This document shows positions 27,262-36,378 of a stretch of 64,000 nt of DNA, piece by piece (position 1 is the stretch's first letter; every line of letters begins with the position of its first letter). The stretch comes from a virus: positions 3,658 to 67,657 of IMG/VR virus record IMGVR_UViG_3300032374_000001; one strand, given 5' to 3'. The position numbers and the translations under genes were made by a program. The notes beneath the pieces were generated by a model, which made no database searches, was not told where the DNA came from, and saw only the letters and a list, made by a program, of their open reading frames with translations.

Positions 27262-27710
27262 GCCGCGTTCACCTGCACGGTGCCCTTCTGCCAGCACGGG
27301 CAGAACAGAGCCCACTCGCGATTGTTGGAGTTGACGCCGTAGTTCAACCCCGGCTCCTTCATCACGATCGCCTGCGTGCAGCCGCCTGTTTCCGTGCTCG
27401 ACAAATCGGTGAAGCCGATGGCGAACGTGGTGCCGGTGAGCGCGCCGCTGCGCATCCGCTTCACCTTGTTCTCAAGGAAGCGGTTCATCGGCGAGTTCTG
27501 CAGGAGCCGGATCGTCACGGTGGCCGTCTGGTCCGCGGTGATCGACAGGATGGAGCCGCCATCCGCGCCGACCTTCGCCGTGCCGAGATCGCTCGTCGGC
27601 TCGATCATGATGCAGTCGTCGCCCTCGTCGAAGTTGGTGACGAGGGCTCCGTCAATGGTGAAGGCCACGTTCCGGAAGGAATACGTGCCGAAGACGCCGC
27701 AATCGGCCAT
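27258..27710 (-). CDS. Tail tube protein (DUF3277-like)
   Basis: TYSF..V...IDG; VGADG; TVTIRLLQNSP.N; follows sheath. Confidence 0.85.
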   Translation of the reverse strand: MADCGVFGTYSFRNVAFTIDGALVTNFDEGDDCIMIEPTSDLGTAKVGADGGSILSITADQTATVTIRLLQNSPMNRFLENKVKRMRSGALTGTTFAIGFTDLSSTETGGCTQAIVMKEPGLNYGVNSNNREWALFCPCWQKGTVQVNAA

Positions 27711-27726
27711 GATGTGGCGCTCCTGT

Positions 27727-29154
27727 TTAGAACTTGAGGGTCATAGACACCGACGCAAAATGGATCGCGCCGGAAGTCAGGAACTCGACTTGGATGTCGG
27801 GGGCGATACGGTTCGCGCGCTGCGAGACGGGTACGTTGGCCACGTCGTCCACGGCCGTCTTGAACTCGGGCTCGAACTCGCCATCGTCGCCGAAGCGGGG
27901 GGCGATGACGCCGGCCGCGAAGGCGCGCCGCATCGGCGGATGCACGCCAGCCTCGATCAGGAAGGCGGTGCCCTGATTGGTGTAGGGAACCACGGCCGCA
28001 TTGGAGAGCACGCCGAACACGCTCTCCTGCACGCGCGCCCTGATCCAAGCGCTCGAATGGATCGTATCAATGAAGGCGCCAGAACCGACCGTGCCCTCCA
28101 GCAGCATGTTGCGGCCACCCATGTTGACGTAGGTGTTGGCGGTGTGGCCAGCGGCCCGATTGATGCCGATGCCGGGAATGAAGCCGGTCACCGCCTGGAT
28201 CGTCGCCGAGGGCTTGTTGACTGGCTCCACGCCGGGGAGCGTCTTGAATTTGAGGGTGTAGGCCTGCCCGCTGTCGATCACGCCGGCCGCTGCGCGCACG
28301 TAGTTCGCGCGGTCGAGATCGCGCCCGCAGGCGTAGGCGAAGGCGGCAGCGGCAAGATAAGAGCCGGGATCGGTGTGGTAGAACACGGCGGTGTGGTCGT
28401 AACGCTTGTTCTCAACGTACTCAGCAACGGAGCCGCCGAACTGCGGAGCCGTCACGGTGTGGGTGCCGGTGCCTGCCGTTGTCGTCGCGATACCCGTGCC
28501 GCCCTGCGTCGCCGACACGCTGAACGTGTTGGCCGAGGCATTGACGACGAAATAGGTGTTGGTCGGCGAGAGCGGTGCAGGCAGCGTGCCCGAGGTGGTA
28601 AACCGTACCTGCTGATCGTTGGCGAGGCCGTGCGCGGTCTTCGTGATGACGCCAGGAGCCGCTTGCGAGATCGTCGCCGCGAACGTCACGTCATCGGTTG
28701 AGCCGGGGATCTCGGTGTCCGTGTCGTTGCTGTCTGCGCCGAAGATCACCTCACGCGGTTCGGCCCAGTCGGTGATAGCACGCTGCTTTGTGGTGTCGTT
28801 CAGGACGTTGGTGTGCAGCAGCCAAAAGAAATCGGGATCGGCCTGATAGATGGCACTCATTTCGTCCAGCATGTCCTTGCTGGCGTCGTACCAGCCGAAC
28901 TTGAGCTGCGGCGGGCGCACCTTGGCGGAGAAGAAGCGCAGCGCAGCCTTGTATTCTTCGCTGGCCGACGGCCACTGCAACTCCACCTCATAGATGTTGG
29001 AGTAGAGCAGCGTCCGGTGGGTGGCATCCAGCACGCCATTGATGGCGGTCGGCACCAGCATGAGCGCGGTGTTGAACCCCAAGGTCGTGGGAAACTGGTC
29101 CTCGCGGGTGAGCGTGACCGAAACGGAGCGGTCGATAGGCAGCCGGATCGGCAT
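27727..29154 (-). CDS. Tail sheath protein (DUF3383-like) with inserted beta module
   Basis: EYKAA..FF...RP..L..G; AYTLKFK.LPGV; FID......W....Q...F..L.....VPYT..G. Confidence 0.9.
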   Translation of the reverse strand: MPIRLPIDRSVSVTLTREDQFPTTLGFNTALMLVPTAINGVLDATHRTLLYSNIYEVELQWPSASEEYKAALRFFSAKVRPPQLKFGWYDASKDMLDEMSAIYQADPDFFWLLHTNVLNDTTKQRAITDWAEPREVIFGADSNDTDTEIPGSTDDVTFAATISQAAPGVITKTAHGLANDQQVRFTTSGTLPAPLSPTNTYFVVNASANTFSVSATQGGTGIATTTAGTGTHTVTAPQFGGSVAEYVENKRYDHTAVFYHTDPGSYLAAAAFAYACGRDLDRANYVRAAAGVIDSGQAYTLKFKTLPGVEPVNKPSATIQAVTGFIPGIGINRAAGHTANTYVNMGGRNMLLEGTVGSGAFIDTIHSSAWIRARVQESVFGVLSNAAVVPYTNQGTAFLIEAGVHPPMRRAFAAGVIAPRFGDDGEFEPEFKTAVDDVANVPVSQRANRIAPDIQVEFLTSGAIHFASVSMTLKF

Positions 29155-29157
29155 GGG

Positions 29158-29727
29158 CTAGTCCTTCGCGTAGTCGAGGGAGGTGCGGATGGTGGTGGGA
29201 CCGCCCGATCCGATGAAGTCGATGTGCCCGCGCTCCATCACGTCGATGAGCGTGCGCTGCTGCCGGGCGACGGTGAGGGTCACGGTGAAGTTCGCGCGGC
29301 CTTCCCAATTCTCCTGCGAGCGCTCGGCGGACTGCTTGATCTCGCCGACCTCGGACACGACGGCCGGCAGCAGTTCGAGCTGTGCTCGGGCGGAGCGGAG
29401 GGCGGCGGAGAACGCGTCGGCGTAGTCGCGCGGGCGGGAGGCGTAGATGTCGATGCGCCAGCCACAGGAGAGGCCGATGGTGCGGACCTCGACGATGCGT
29501 TCCACGCCGTCGAGGATGACCTTCTCGTAGCAGAGGGTCCAACCGTCGCCGCTCTCAGTCGAGCCAAGGGGGACGAGGCCGGCGTAGGCGCCCTTCGGCG
29601 TCGGGGCGCGCTGGTGGTGGAAGATGATGTCGGTCAGGCGCTCTTTGGTCTGGCCGAAAAGGACGCTCTCCGCATCGACGGCGACGAGAAGGGCGCGCAG
29701 CCGGTCAAACTGTCCGTCCTCGGTCAT
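29158..29727 (-). CDS. Tail terminator/neck protein
   Basis: Position before sheath; Q..P.P...YA; WEGRA.F.V.L. Confidence 0.7.
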   Translation of the reverse strand: MTEDGQFDRLRALLVAVDAESVLFGQTKERLTDIIFHHQRAPTPKGAYAGLVPLGSTESGDGWTLCYEKVILDGVERIVEVRTIGLSCGWRIDIYASRPRDYADAFSAALRSARAQLELLPAVVSEVGEIKQSAERSQENWEGRANFTVTLTVARQQRTLIDVMERGHIDFIGSGGPTTIRTSLDYAKD

Positions 29728-30076
29728 TTTCGAGCCGTCCGATCGCGCGGGTGAAGTCGGCTTCGGAACGGCGCCCGGCCTTGACGATGCGGTAGGTCAC
29801 ACCCTCAGGGGTCACGATGCGCTGGGCGTCGGCTTCCCGATCCTCGTTCACCGTCTCAAGCGGGTGGTGAGTGTAGATGCGGACGTAGCCGTCGAGCCTG
29901 TCTGCATTGGCGAGTTGCAACAGATCGGTTTGGGTCGCGGCCTGGATCACGGCCTGGATCGGCAGGGCGGCCGGGGCCTCCTGCCATCGCCCATTTACAT
30001 ACCCGCCGGGGCTGACGTGCAGCATGGCCGGCTTCTGAAACAGGCTGATGCCGACGGCGCCGATGGACAGGTCCAT
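29705..30076 (-). CDS. Head closure protein
   Basis: GGYVNGRW...IQA.IQ...DL..L....R.DG...IYT. Confidence 0.7.
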   Translation of the reverse strand: MDLSIGAVGISLFQKPAMLHVSPGGYVNGRWQEAPAALPIQAVIQAATQTDLLQLANADRLDGYVRIYTHHPLETVNEDREADAQRIVTPEGVTYRIVKAGRRSEADFTRAIGRLENDRGRTV

Positions 30077-30567
30077 TATTCCAGCGCCCAGGTGGCCGAG
30101 GCACGGAGGCGCCCGGAGTCGGTGAGCGTCCGGTTCGAACCTTTGAGGGCGATTGTCACGGGCGAGTTGGCCGGCGCCATGTTCGACCCGATCTGATCTT
30201 GGATTTTCTGCTGGCCCCAGATGCCGAGCCGCGGCAGGGCTTGCGCGAGCCCGATGCGGCCCGTCAGGATGCCCTTGGCCTCGGCGCGCAGGAACGTCTT
30301 GAGTTCGCCGCGCGCCTTGAACATCGCTTGCTGGATGAACGGGCGCGGCGGGATCGGCCCGCCCCAACCACCGCCGGAGGCACCACCGCGGGTGCCCTCA
30401 TGGTTCCAGAACGCAATCGTGACGATGTCGCCCGGCACCTTGCCCGCAGGAAAGCCCACCTTGACGTTGGCCTCGCCCCTAGCCCCCGCGAGGTTGCTGA
30501 GGATCTTGCGGAGCAGCGCGACGCCATCGCCCTTGCGGGTGATCGTCACGTCGGCGCGGATGTTCAT
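30076..30567 (-). CDS. Neck protein (HK97 gp10-like)
   Basis: A.WNHEGT...IPPRPF; LAPANSP.TI..KGS...L.DSG.LR pattern. Confidence 0.8.
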   Translation of the reverse strand: MNIRADVTITRKGDGVALLRKILSNLAGARGEANVKVGFPAGKVPGDIVTIAFWNHEGTRGGASGGGWGGPIPPRPFIQQAMFKARGELKTFLRAEAKGILTGRIGLAQALPRLGIWGQQKIQDQIGSNMAPANSPVTIALKGSNRTLTDSGRLRASATWALE

Positions 30568-30977
30568 ACGATCAGGACCGCAGGGAACGAGCGGCGACGC
30601 AGCTTGTCGTACTGCTGCCAGTAGAGCGCGGCAGCGGGCGAGATGGCCGAACCGCCGCCCGAACCGGAGCCGCCCCCGCCCTGAGGTTCGGCGAACTTCG
30701 CCTTCACATCGCCGATCCAGGCCTCAACCAAGGGGCCGGAGATACCAACGTTGAGCCCGCCGCCAACGGCAACGCTCGCTGCGGCACTGGCCTCGGAGGT
30801 GATGAGATAGGCCGCGTAGGCGAGCAGGGCTGGAACTCGGTCCCGCTCGATCCACGTGTCGTTCACCTCGCCGCGCGCCTCATTAAGGACAGCGGTGACG
30901 TAGATGTCATCCTTGTCCTTGAAGGCCGGGTAGCGGGTTTTGAACTCCGCTGCCGTGATGTCGGCGAGGTTGGGCAT
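30564..30977 (-). CDS. Head-tail adaptor (DUF4054-like)
   Basis: AEFKTRYPAF...L.AY.A...; YWQQY..LRR. Confidence 0.8.
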   Translation of the reverse strand: MPNLADITAAEFKTRYPAFKDKDDIYVTAVLNEARGEVNDTWIERDRVPALLAYAAYLITSEASAAASVAVGGGLNVGISGPLVEAWIGDVKAKFAEPQGGGGSGSGGGSAISPAAALYWQQYDKLRRRSFPAVLIV

Positions 30978-30979
30978 GC

Positions 30980-31330
30980 TCAGCCTTGCGCGGGCACGCC
31001 GCGCGCTTCGTCCAGCAGACGGTCGCGCTTCCACCGGCCATCGAACTTGCCGCCGCGCTCCGTGATGTAGACGCGAAGCTCCTCGTCGGTGAGCTTTTCG
31101 AGTTCGGCCGGCGCTTTGCCCAGCGGGGCCTCCGGGCGCTTGGTCTCTGCTTCCGCTGCCGCCTTGCCGAACTCGATCTCGCCGGCCTCTTCCCACGCCT
31201 TGAGCACAACGTCGTTGCGCGTGACGAGGTTGAGGTCGCGGCTCTCGCCGGGGTAGAGAACGGTCGGCTGCGTCTTGTCCGTCTCGTGGAAGAGCCGCGG
31301 GCCCTTGGCCCGATTGGTGACCATGACCAT
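30980..31330 (-). CDS. Hypothetical head-region protein
   Basis: AGGAGG RBS; C-terminal small helical domain. Confidence 0.7.
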   Translation of the reverse strand: MVMVTNRAKGPRLFHETDKTQPTVLYPGESRDLNLVTRNDVVLKAWEEAGEIEFGKAAAEAETKRPEAPLGKAPAELEKLTDEELRVYITERGGKFDGRWKRDRLLDEARGVPAQG

Positions 31331-31341
31331 GATGGCGCCTC

Positions 31342-32301
31342 CTAGATCGCGTCGAGGTAGCGGAAGGCGCCGGGGCGGCGGACATCGACGCCGCCGATGC
31401 GGAAGGCGCCCGGCACGTCGAAGCGCCACGGGCCTGTCTGCCACGCCGGGAAGAACCGGAACGGCATCGGCATCCACAGCTTCACGACGGACGGGTCTTT
31501 GCGGTAGGCGACCATGCGGGCCGTACCGCCGGCACCGGCCGTCTCAAGGCCGCGCACGCCGATGATCTCCAGCGGCTGGCCGGTCTCGATGGTGTAGATG
31601 TTGTTGCGCCGGATCCATTCGAGGACCGTGGTCGAGTTGACCTGATCGATGCGGCGGTAGGAGAGCGCGAGCATCTGGTCGTAGGGGAGGAGCAGGGTGT
31701 CTGCCATCTCCACCTGCGAGGTGCCGTTGTAGATGCCGATGAGCTGGGTGTTCACGTCCAGCAGCACCTGATCGGCGGTCTTGTTCACCCAGAGGGTCGA
31801 GTTGGTCTGACCGTTCAGGTTGCCCGTCGCCGCCGCGGAGCCGGTGGTGACGTTGGGGTTGTTGAGCAGGCCGGTGTAGCCCTTCGGCGTGTCGCCGAAG
31901 AGCGCGACCTGATCGATGAACTCCTCCGACGCCCGACGCGCCGCATCGGCCTTCTCGGGAGGCAGGTTGATGTTGAGGAGCTGCGCCTTGCCGATCTCCT
32001 CCAGATCGTAGCCGTAGCCGATGCCAGCCATCGAGACGGTGGTCTCGAACTGCCGCTTGAGCACGTCGGCCTTCGGCACGTCGTTGGCCGCGCCGCTCAC
32101 CCACTTGGCCTGGCCGACCTGATCCATGGAGAAGTAGGTGACGGACGGAACCCACTCGGGCGCATTGCGCTCGATCGGCACGAGCCGAGGGTAGCGGATC
32201 GCGGCGTACTGGGTGCGGTAGACGCCGGGTTCGATGTAAGCCTGCTGGCTGACCAGAAAGGCCAGCGCACGCGGCGCGTCGATCGTGTACTGGCCCTGCA
32301 T
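31342..32301 (-). CDS. Major capsid protein (DUF2184/encapsulin-like HK97 fold)
   Basis: GIGYGY...EI..A; A.FGD...G.TGLLNNP; PGAFR.GGV.VRRP. Confidence 0.93.
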   Translation of the reverse strand: MQGQYTIDAPRALAFLVSQQAYIEPGVYRTQYAAIRYPRLVPIERNAPEWVPSVTYFSMDQVGQAKWVSGAANDVPKADVLKRQFETTVSMAGIGYGYDLEEIGKAQLLNINLPPEKADAARRASEEFIDQVALFGDTPKGYTGLLNNPNVTTGSAAATGNLNGQTNSTLWVNKTADQVLLDVNTQLIGIYNGTSQVEMADTLLLPYDQMLALSYRRIDQVNSTTVLEWIRRNNIYTIETGQPLEIIGVRGLETAGAGGTARMVAYRKDPSVVKLWMPMPFRFFPAWQTGPWRFDVPGAFRIGGVDVRRPGAFRYLDAI

Positions 32302-32321
32302 GTCAGGCGCTCCTAAAAGGT

Positions 32322-32771
32322 TCAGATGAAGGCGACGCGCAGCCGCGCGAGGCCGTTGTTGGCCGCGCTGCTGTCGAAGATCGCGTTGGGGACGGCGGTA
32401 TTGCCGGACGAGGTAGCGGACCACGCGCCGGCCGACGTGAGGTAGGCAGGCGCGCCCGCGGTGACGGCGCCGGACACGACCACCCAGATCACGCCGCGCG
32501 TCATGATGGTGACCGTGTCGCCCTGCGCGTAGGCGTCGGTCTGCGCCGCGGTCGGGCGGACGTTGTGATCCACCTCGGTCACGCCGCGGAGGATGGAGCC
32601 CGTCGCGGCCACGGACTGGTCGGTCGCGCCCTGATAGGCGGGCTTGCCGAAGCCGATGCCGGTGTTGGTCTCGATGGTGCGGGAGATCGTGTTACGGACC
32701 TCCATGTTGGCCGGCATGCCCTCGAAACCGGGGGCGATGTTGCCGCCATAGACGGACTGAACTGCGGGCAT
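32322..32771 (-). CDS. Capsid decoration/cement protein
   Basis: GFEGMPAN; GIGFG.P; V.IMTRG.IWV; between scaffold and MCP. Confidence 0.85.
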   Translation of the reverse strand: MPAVQSVYGGNIAPGFEGMPANMEVRNTISRTIETNTGIGFGKPAYQGATDQSVAATGSILRGVTEVDHNVRPTAAQTDAYAQGDTVTIMTRGVIWVVVSGAVTAGAPAYLTSAGAWSATSSGNTAVPNAIFDSSAANNGLARLRVAFI

Positions 32772-34000
32772 CAGGCATTCCCCTGCGGCTGGTGGGTCGG
32801 ACGCTTCCACGCGCCGTCGTAGGAGCGGCACATCTCGTCGTAGGCGGCGGTCGAGGCGTCGCCGATCACCTGACCGGGCGCGGGCACGGACGCGCTGATG
32901 GAGCGGCCGAGATGGTCGAGCGTCGGGGCCTTGGAGGCGTAGGAGAGGAAAGCGCCGTTGACAGCCTCATCGGACAGCGCCTTGGCCGCATCGCCGAGAT
33001 GCGCCGTCACGGCCTCGCGGCGGATGTCCGCCTCGGTCTTGCCGTCAAAGGTGATCTTCCCCTTGCCGACGACCTTCTCAGCGTCCGCCATCACGGCGAC
33101 GCGCGCCTTGACGGCGTCGTCGAGCTTCTGCGGGGTGAGCTTGGCGTCGTCGAGCTGCTTCTTCAGGGCAGCGATCTCGCCGTCCTTGGTCTCGCCGGCC
33201 TTCTTGGCATCGGCGATCTCGGCGTCCTTGGCCTGCATAGCAGTCGCATGCGCCGCGGTGCTGGTGTTCAGGTCGGCGGTGAGCTTGAGGTTGTCGGCCG
33301 TGAGGCGACCCATTTCCGTCTGAAGGCCCTTGACCGCGACAATCGCGGCGTCGGACATCTCGACGGCGTTGTCGCCGATCATGTGCGTCTTCATGGGGGT
33401 ATCCCTGTTCGGGGGCGGGGTGCGCTGCGTGTCGTCAGCGGGGGTGCGCGCGTCCCCGATGAAGGCGGACCAGCTGTCGCCGATCCGGCATTGCGGGCCG
33501 GCACGTCCGGCGCTGACGATCGCGATGTGATCCGCGACGATGCCGACCTGTCGGGCCTGGAATTTTGTGCCGTCGGGGGCGACGCCATCGCCCCATTCGA
33601 GTTCGCAGCGGTAGCCCGCGGAAAGCTGGCACTTGCCGGCCTGCACAGCTGCGACGGCGTCCTCGTCCTTCACGCGCAGGCCGAGCCGCAGATACTCGCC
33701 ATCGCGCAAAACCTCGGCGCCGGTCGTGCCGCGGGCGACCTGTCGCCAGTTCTTGGCGTTCACGCCGCCAGGCGGATGATCGACCGTCACCGGGATGAGA
33801 CGGAAGCTCTCCAGCGAGTCCTTGGAGAACACCTCGCGCTCATCGCGGTAGACCGTAACGATCGGCATTTCCGGCTTACCGACCTCGGAGCCGAGGTAGG
33901 TTTGACAGCCTGTTCTCACCGTCTTGGCGAAGGCCTCTAGGTAGCCGCCATCGCCCACCCGGACATCGCCGAGCGCGACGGCATCGGTCGCGTAGAACAT
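32771..34000 (-). CDS. Prohead protease/scaffold (DUF2213-like)
   Basis: RTG.Q.Y..SE; PVT.DHP; LSAGY; HIAIV..GRAG..CRIGD; coiled-coil C-terminus. Confidence 0.92.
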   Translation of the reverse strand: MFYATDAVALGDVRVGDGGYLEAFAKTVRTGCQTYLGSEVGKPEMPIVTVYRDEREVFSKDSLESFRLIPVTVDHPPGGVNAKNWRQVARGTTGAEVLRDGEYLRLGLRVKDEDAVAAVQAGKCQLSAGYRCELEWGDGVAPDGTKFQARQVGIVADHIAIVSAGRAGPQCRIGDSWSAFIGDARTPADDTQRTPPPNRDTPMKTHMIGDNAVEMSDAAIVAVKGLQTEMGRLTADNLKLTADLNTSTAAHATAMQAKDAEIADAKKAGETKDGEIAALKKQLDDAKLTPQKLDDAVKARVAVMADAEKVVGKGKITFDGKTEADIRREAVTAHLGDAAKALSDEAVNGAFLSYASKAPTLDHLGRSISASVPAPGQVIGDASTAAYDEMCRSYDGAWKRPTHQPQGNA

Positions 34001-34022
34001 CGGATATGCCTGTGAGATGCGG

Positions 34023-34415
34023 CTAGTTGCCGATGGCGTGGAGCTTCACGTCGAAGCTGCCCGCGCCGAGGTTCAGGACGCCAAGCACGGTCGTCAGCGA
34101 CCGTCCGTTGATGACGACCTGCGTCTTGGTCGGGTCGCTCGCGAGCCAAGCGTTGATGGTCGTGGTCGCGGCGAGCCCGCCCACCACCGGCACCGGATCG
34201 ACGTGGAGGCAGGCGTTCGGAAACGGGATCGGGAAGGTCCACGTCACCGCGCCGTTGACGAGCGTCAGCTTGACGAACTGCTCAATGGCCCCGTCGGGGA
34301 AGGTGTAGGCCGTGCCGTTGGCGTTGGTCGTGACCGTGGCGGGGAGCGTGTCTGCGCCCTGAAGCTGTTGCGGTAGCCCGTCAGCCCCGAGGACCAGGGG
34401 TTTGCGGGTGGCCAC
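34023..34415 (-). CDS. Fibre-like protein with gp53-type C-terminal domain
   Basis: AYTFPDG.IEQF...TWTFPIPFPNAC; N-terminal MATRKPLVLG motif. Confidence 0.7.
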   Translation of the reverse strand: MATRKPLVLGADGLPQQLQGADTLPATVTTNANGTAYTFPDGAIEQFVKLTLVNGAVTWTFPIPFPNACLHVDPVPVVGGLAATTTINAWLASDPTKTQVVINGRSLTTVLGVLNLGAGSFDVKLHAIGN

Positions 34416-34426
34416 GCATCATCCCC

Positions 34427-34912
34427 TCAGAGCAGGATCGGGAGTTCGATGTCGACCTCAAGCTCGGTCGCCGAGAGGGCCGAGCCGATGCACACGTTGA
34501 CCTGTCCCGCCGTGCTCGGCGGAGTTGCGGTGATCTTGCCGGGCGAAGCGGGGTCGAGGAAATAGTAGGTGCCGAAGGCGAGGCCGCCCGTGGTACCCGC
34601 GACCGCGTCCCACTGTGCCGTCGTGCCGGTGAGAATGCCGGTCTGGGCGATGGAGCCTGAGGCGCCCGCAGCGATCGAGCTATCGTAGACGAGGCCGACC
34701 ACCTTTGCCGTCGTCTTGGCGTTCGCCTGTCCGCGCCGCACCTGCGTGCCGGACGAGGCGTAGACCGGCGTGCCGAAGGGAATGCTGACGCTCTCGGCGT
34801 TGATGGCCGCACGCAGAGACGGCGCGTTGACGGGAACGGAGATCGTGTCGCCGGACTGAAGCGCCTGAGGCAGGCCGTCGTCGCCGAGAACGAGGGGTTT
34901 GCGCAGCGCCAT
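34427..34912 (-). CDS. Structural adaptor protein
   Basis: N-terminal MALRKPLVLG motif plus C-terminal GL..G.YYFL...G...GQ...IGSALSATEL domain. Confidence 0.75.
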   Translation of the reverse strand: MALRKPLVLGDDGLPQALQSGDTISVPVNAPSLRAAINAESVSIPFGTPVYASSGTQVRRGQANAKTTAKVVGLVYDSSIAAGASGSIAQTGILTGTTAQWDAVAGTTGGLAFGTYYFLDPASPGKITATPPSTAGQVNVCIGSALSATELEVDIELPILL

Positions 34913-34921
34913 GGCAGGCTC

Positions 34922-35548
34922 CTACAGAAGGATCGGGTCGGCGATCGTCGGCGCGAAGGTTTGCGGCCCGGTCCCCATGCCGAGCCGAACGTTGCTGTAG
35001 CCGGCCCCGGATCGCATCTCGGGGATCAGGGTCAGACCGCCTTCGGGCCCGAGGAAGTACGGCAGCCCTGCCGATAGCGAGGGCGTGCCAGCAATTGCGG
35101 TCCAGTCGGAGAGCGTCAGCGTCTCGCGCGTGAGCGACGCGACGAACCCAGTGTCCGCATCTTTAGCCGCGAGACCGACAACGAAGGCCAGCGGGTAGGT
35201 GTCGGCACGCGCCGGGATTAGCTGGCCGTTCAGCCGCGAAATCGTCATGGGCTGTCCAGCTAAGGCGCCGGCTGCGGCTACGGCTTCGGCGGGGGCGATC
35301 TCTAGCGGCGGGCGGCGATCGAACTCGCCTCGCAGGTACGCAATTGCGTCCGCCCGAACGGTGAACGTCATCCCGTCCAAGGCCATCACCTCCTGCCACG
35401 TCACCTTCAGTTCGACGCGCTGCGCGAGCGACCACACCTCAAGGTAATCGCCTTCAGCCTCAACGAGCGTCAGCGTGCCGGGCGGGAAGACATTCGACCC
35501 GACGATGACGAGGGCTCCGGCCTCGCCGTGGTAGCCGATGCGCTTCAT
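34922..35548 (-). CDS. Structural adaptor protein
   Basis: C-terminal L.AG.PYFLG..G...DPILL domain paralogous to 34427-34912. Confidence 0.7.
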   Translation of the reverse strand: MKRIGYHGEAGALVIVGSNVFPPGTLTLVEAEGDYLEVWSLAQRVELKVTWQEVMALDGMTFTVRADAIAYLRGEFDRRPPLEIAPAEAVAAAGALAGQPMTISRLNGQLIPARADTYPLAFVVGLAAKDADTGFVASLTRETLTLSDWTAIAGTPSLSAGLPYFLGPEGGLTLIPEMRSGAGYSNVRLGMGTGPQTFAPTIADPILL

Positions 35549-35550
35549 GG

Positions 35551-36378
35551 CTACAGCGAGAACGCCGTCTGCATGGCGGTTCCGGTCGAGCCGAGCTTGC
35601 CGTCCCGCACCGCGAACTGTGCCTCGTCCCAGTAACCGTGCCAGAGCACGTCGGGAGCGGAGACCCAGTCGGCCATCGCCTTCACGCAGGGCTCGAAACC
35701 AGGCCGGCACACGCCCCATTCGGTGAAGGCGCGCGGCTTTCCTCGCGAGGCGGCAAAGCCCTTGTGCCAGCGCAGGCCGAACGGGCGCTCCAGCATGTGG
35801 GCGAAATTCTCGGCCGCGCCTGCGGGCAAGCCGTCGTCCGGATTGAAGTAGCAATCGAGGCCGATCACATCGACCACCTCATCACCTGGGTAGGTGAGAT
35901 CGGGCGGCGAGTTCTGGAGGCCGACGTTCGGGCACCACTCGAAGCGGAAGCGCGCCGAGACCGAGCGGAACGCCTTCACGAAGCAGACGAACGCAGCGAT
36001 GTACGTCGCCTCTCGGCCCTTTGACGCCCACGGCTGCCAGTTGCCGTTCATCTCCCACCCAGGGCGGATGTAGACAACGCTGTCGCGCGGGCGGGCGACT
36101 GCGATGTCCTTGGCGACCTTCACGTAATGGGCATCGTGCTTGCCGCTCGCCGCCTCTTCCAGCGTGGCACCCCACGACGGGATCAACGGCACGGACCAGT
36201 GCTGACGCCGCGGCAGGGGCGCCATGACGCCCACGAGCCAGCCGGGGCACCCGTCGAAGTCGGCCCAACCGTTGCGGCCCGTGTGCAGCATAGCGAGATC
36301 GACCGGGCGCCCAATGAACGCCTCGAACGCGGTCACGCGGGCCGGGTCATTTGGGCAGTAGACGCCGAGCATGCTCAT
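35551..36378 (-). CDS. Glycoside hydrolase family 26-like enzyme
   Basis: IRPGWEMNGNW.PW (acid/base Glu), YPGD..VDVIGLD.Y, FTEWG (nucleophile Glu). Confidence 0.9.
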   Translation of the reverse strand: MSMLGVYCPNDPARVTAFEAFIGRPVDLAMLHTGRNGWADFDGCPGWLVGVMAPLPRRQHWSVPLIPSWGATLEEAASGKHDAHYVKVAKDIAVARPRDSVVYIRPGWEMNGNWQPWASKGREATYIAAFVCFVKAFRSVSARFRFEWCPNVGLQNSPPDLTYPGDEVVDVIGLDCYFNPDDGLPAGAAENFAHMLERPFGLRWHKGFAASRGKPRAFTEWGVCRPGFEPCVKAMADWVSAPDVLWHGYWDEAQFAVRDGKLGSTGTAMQTAFSL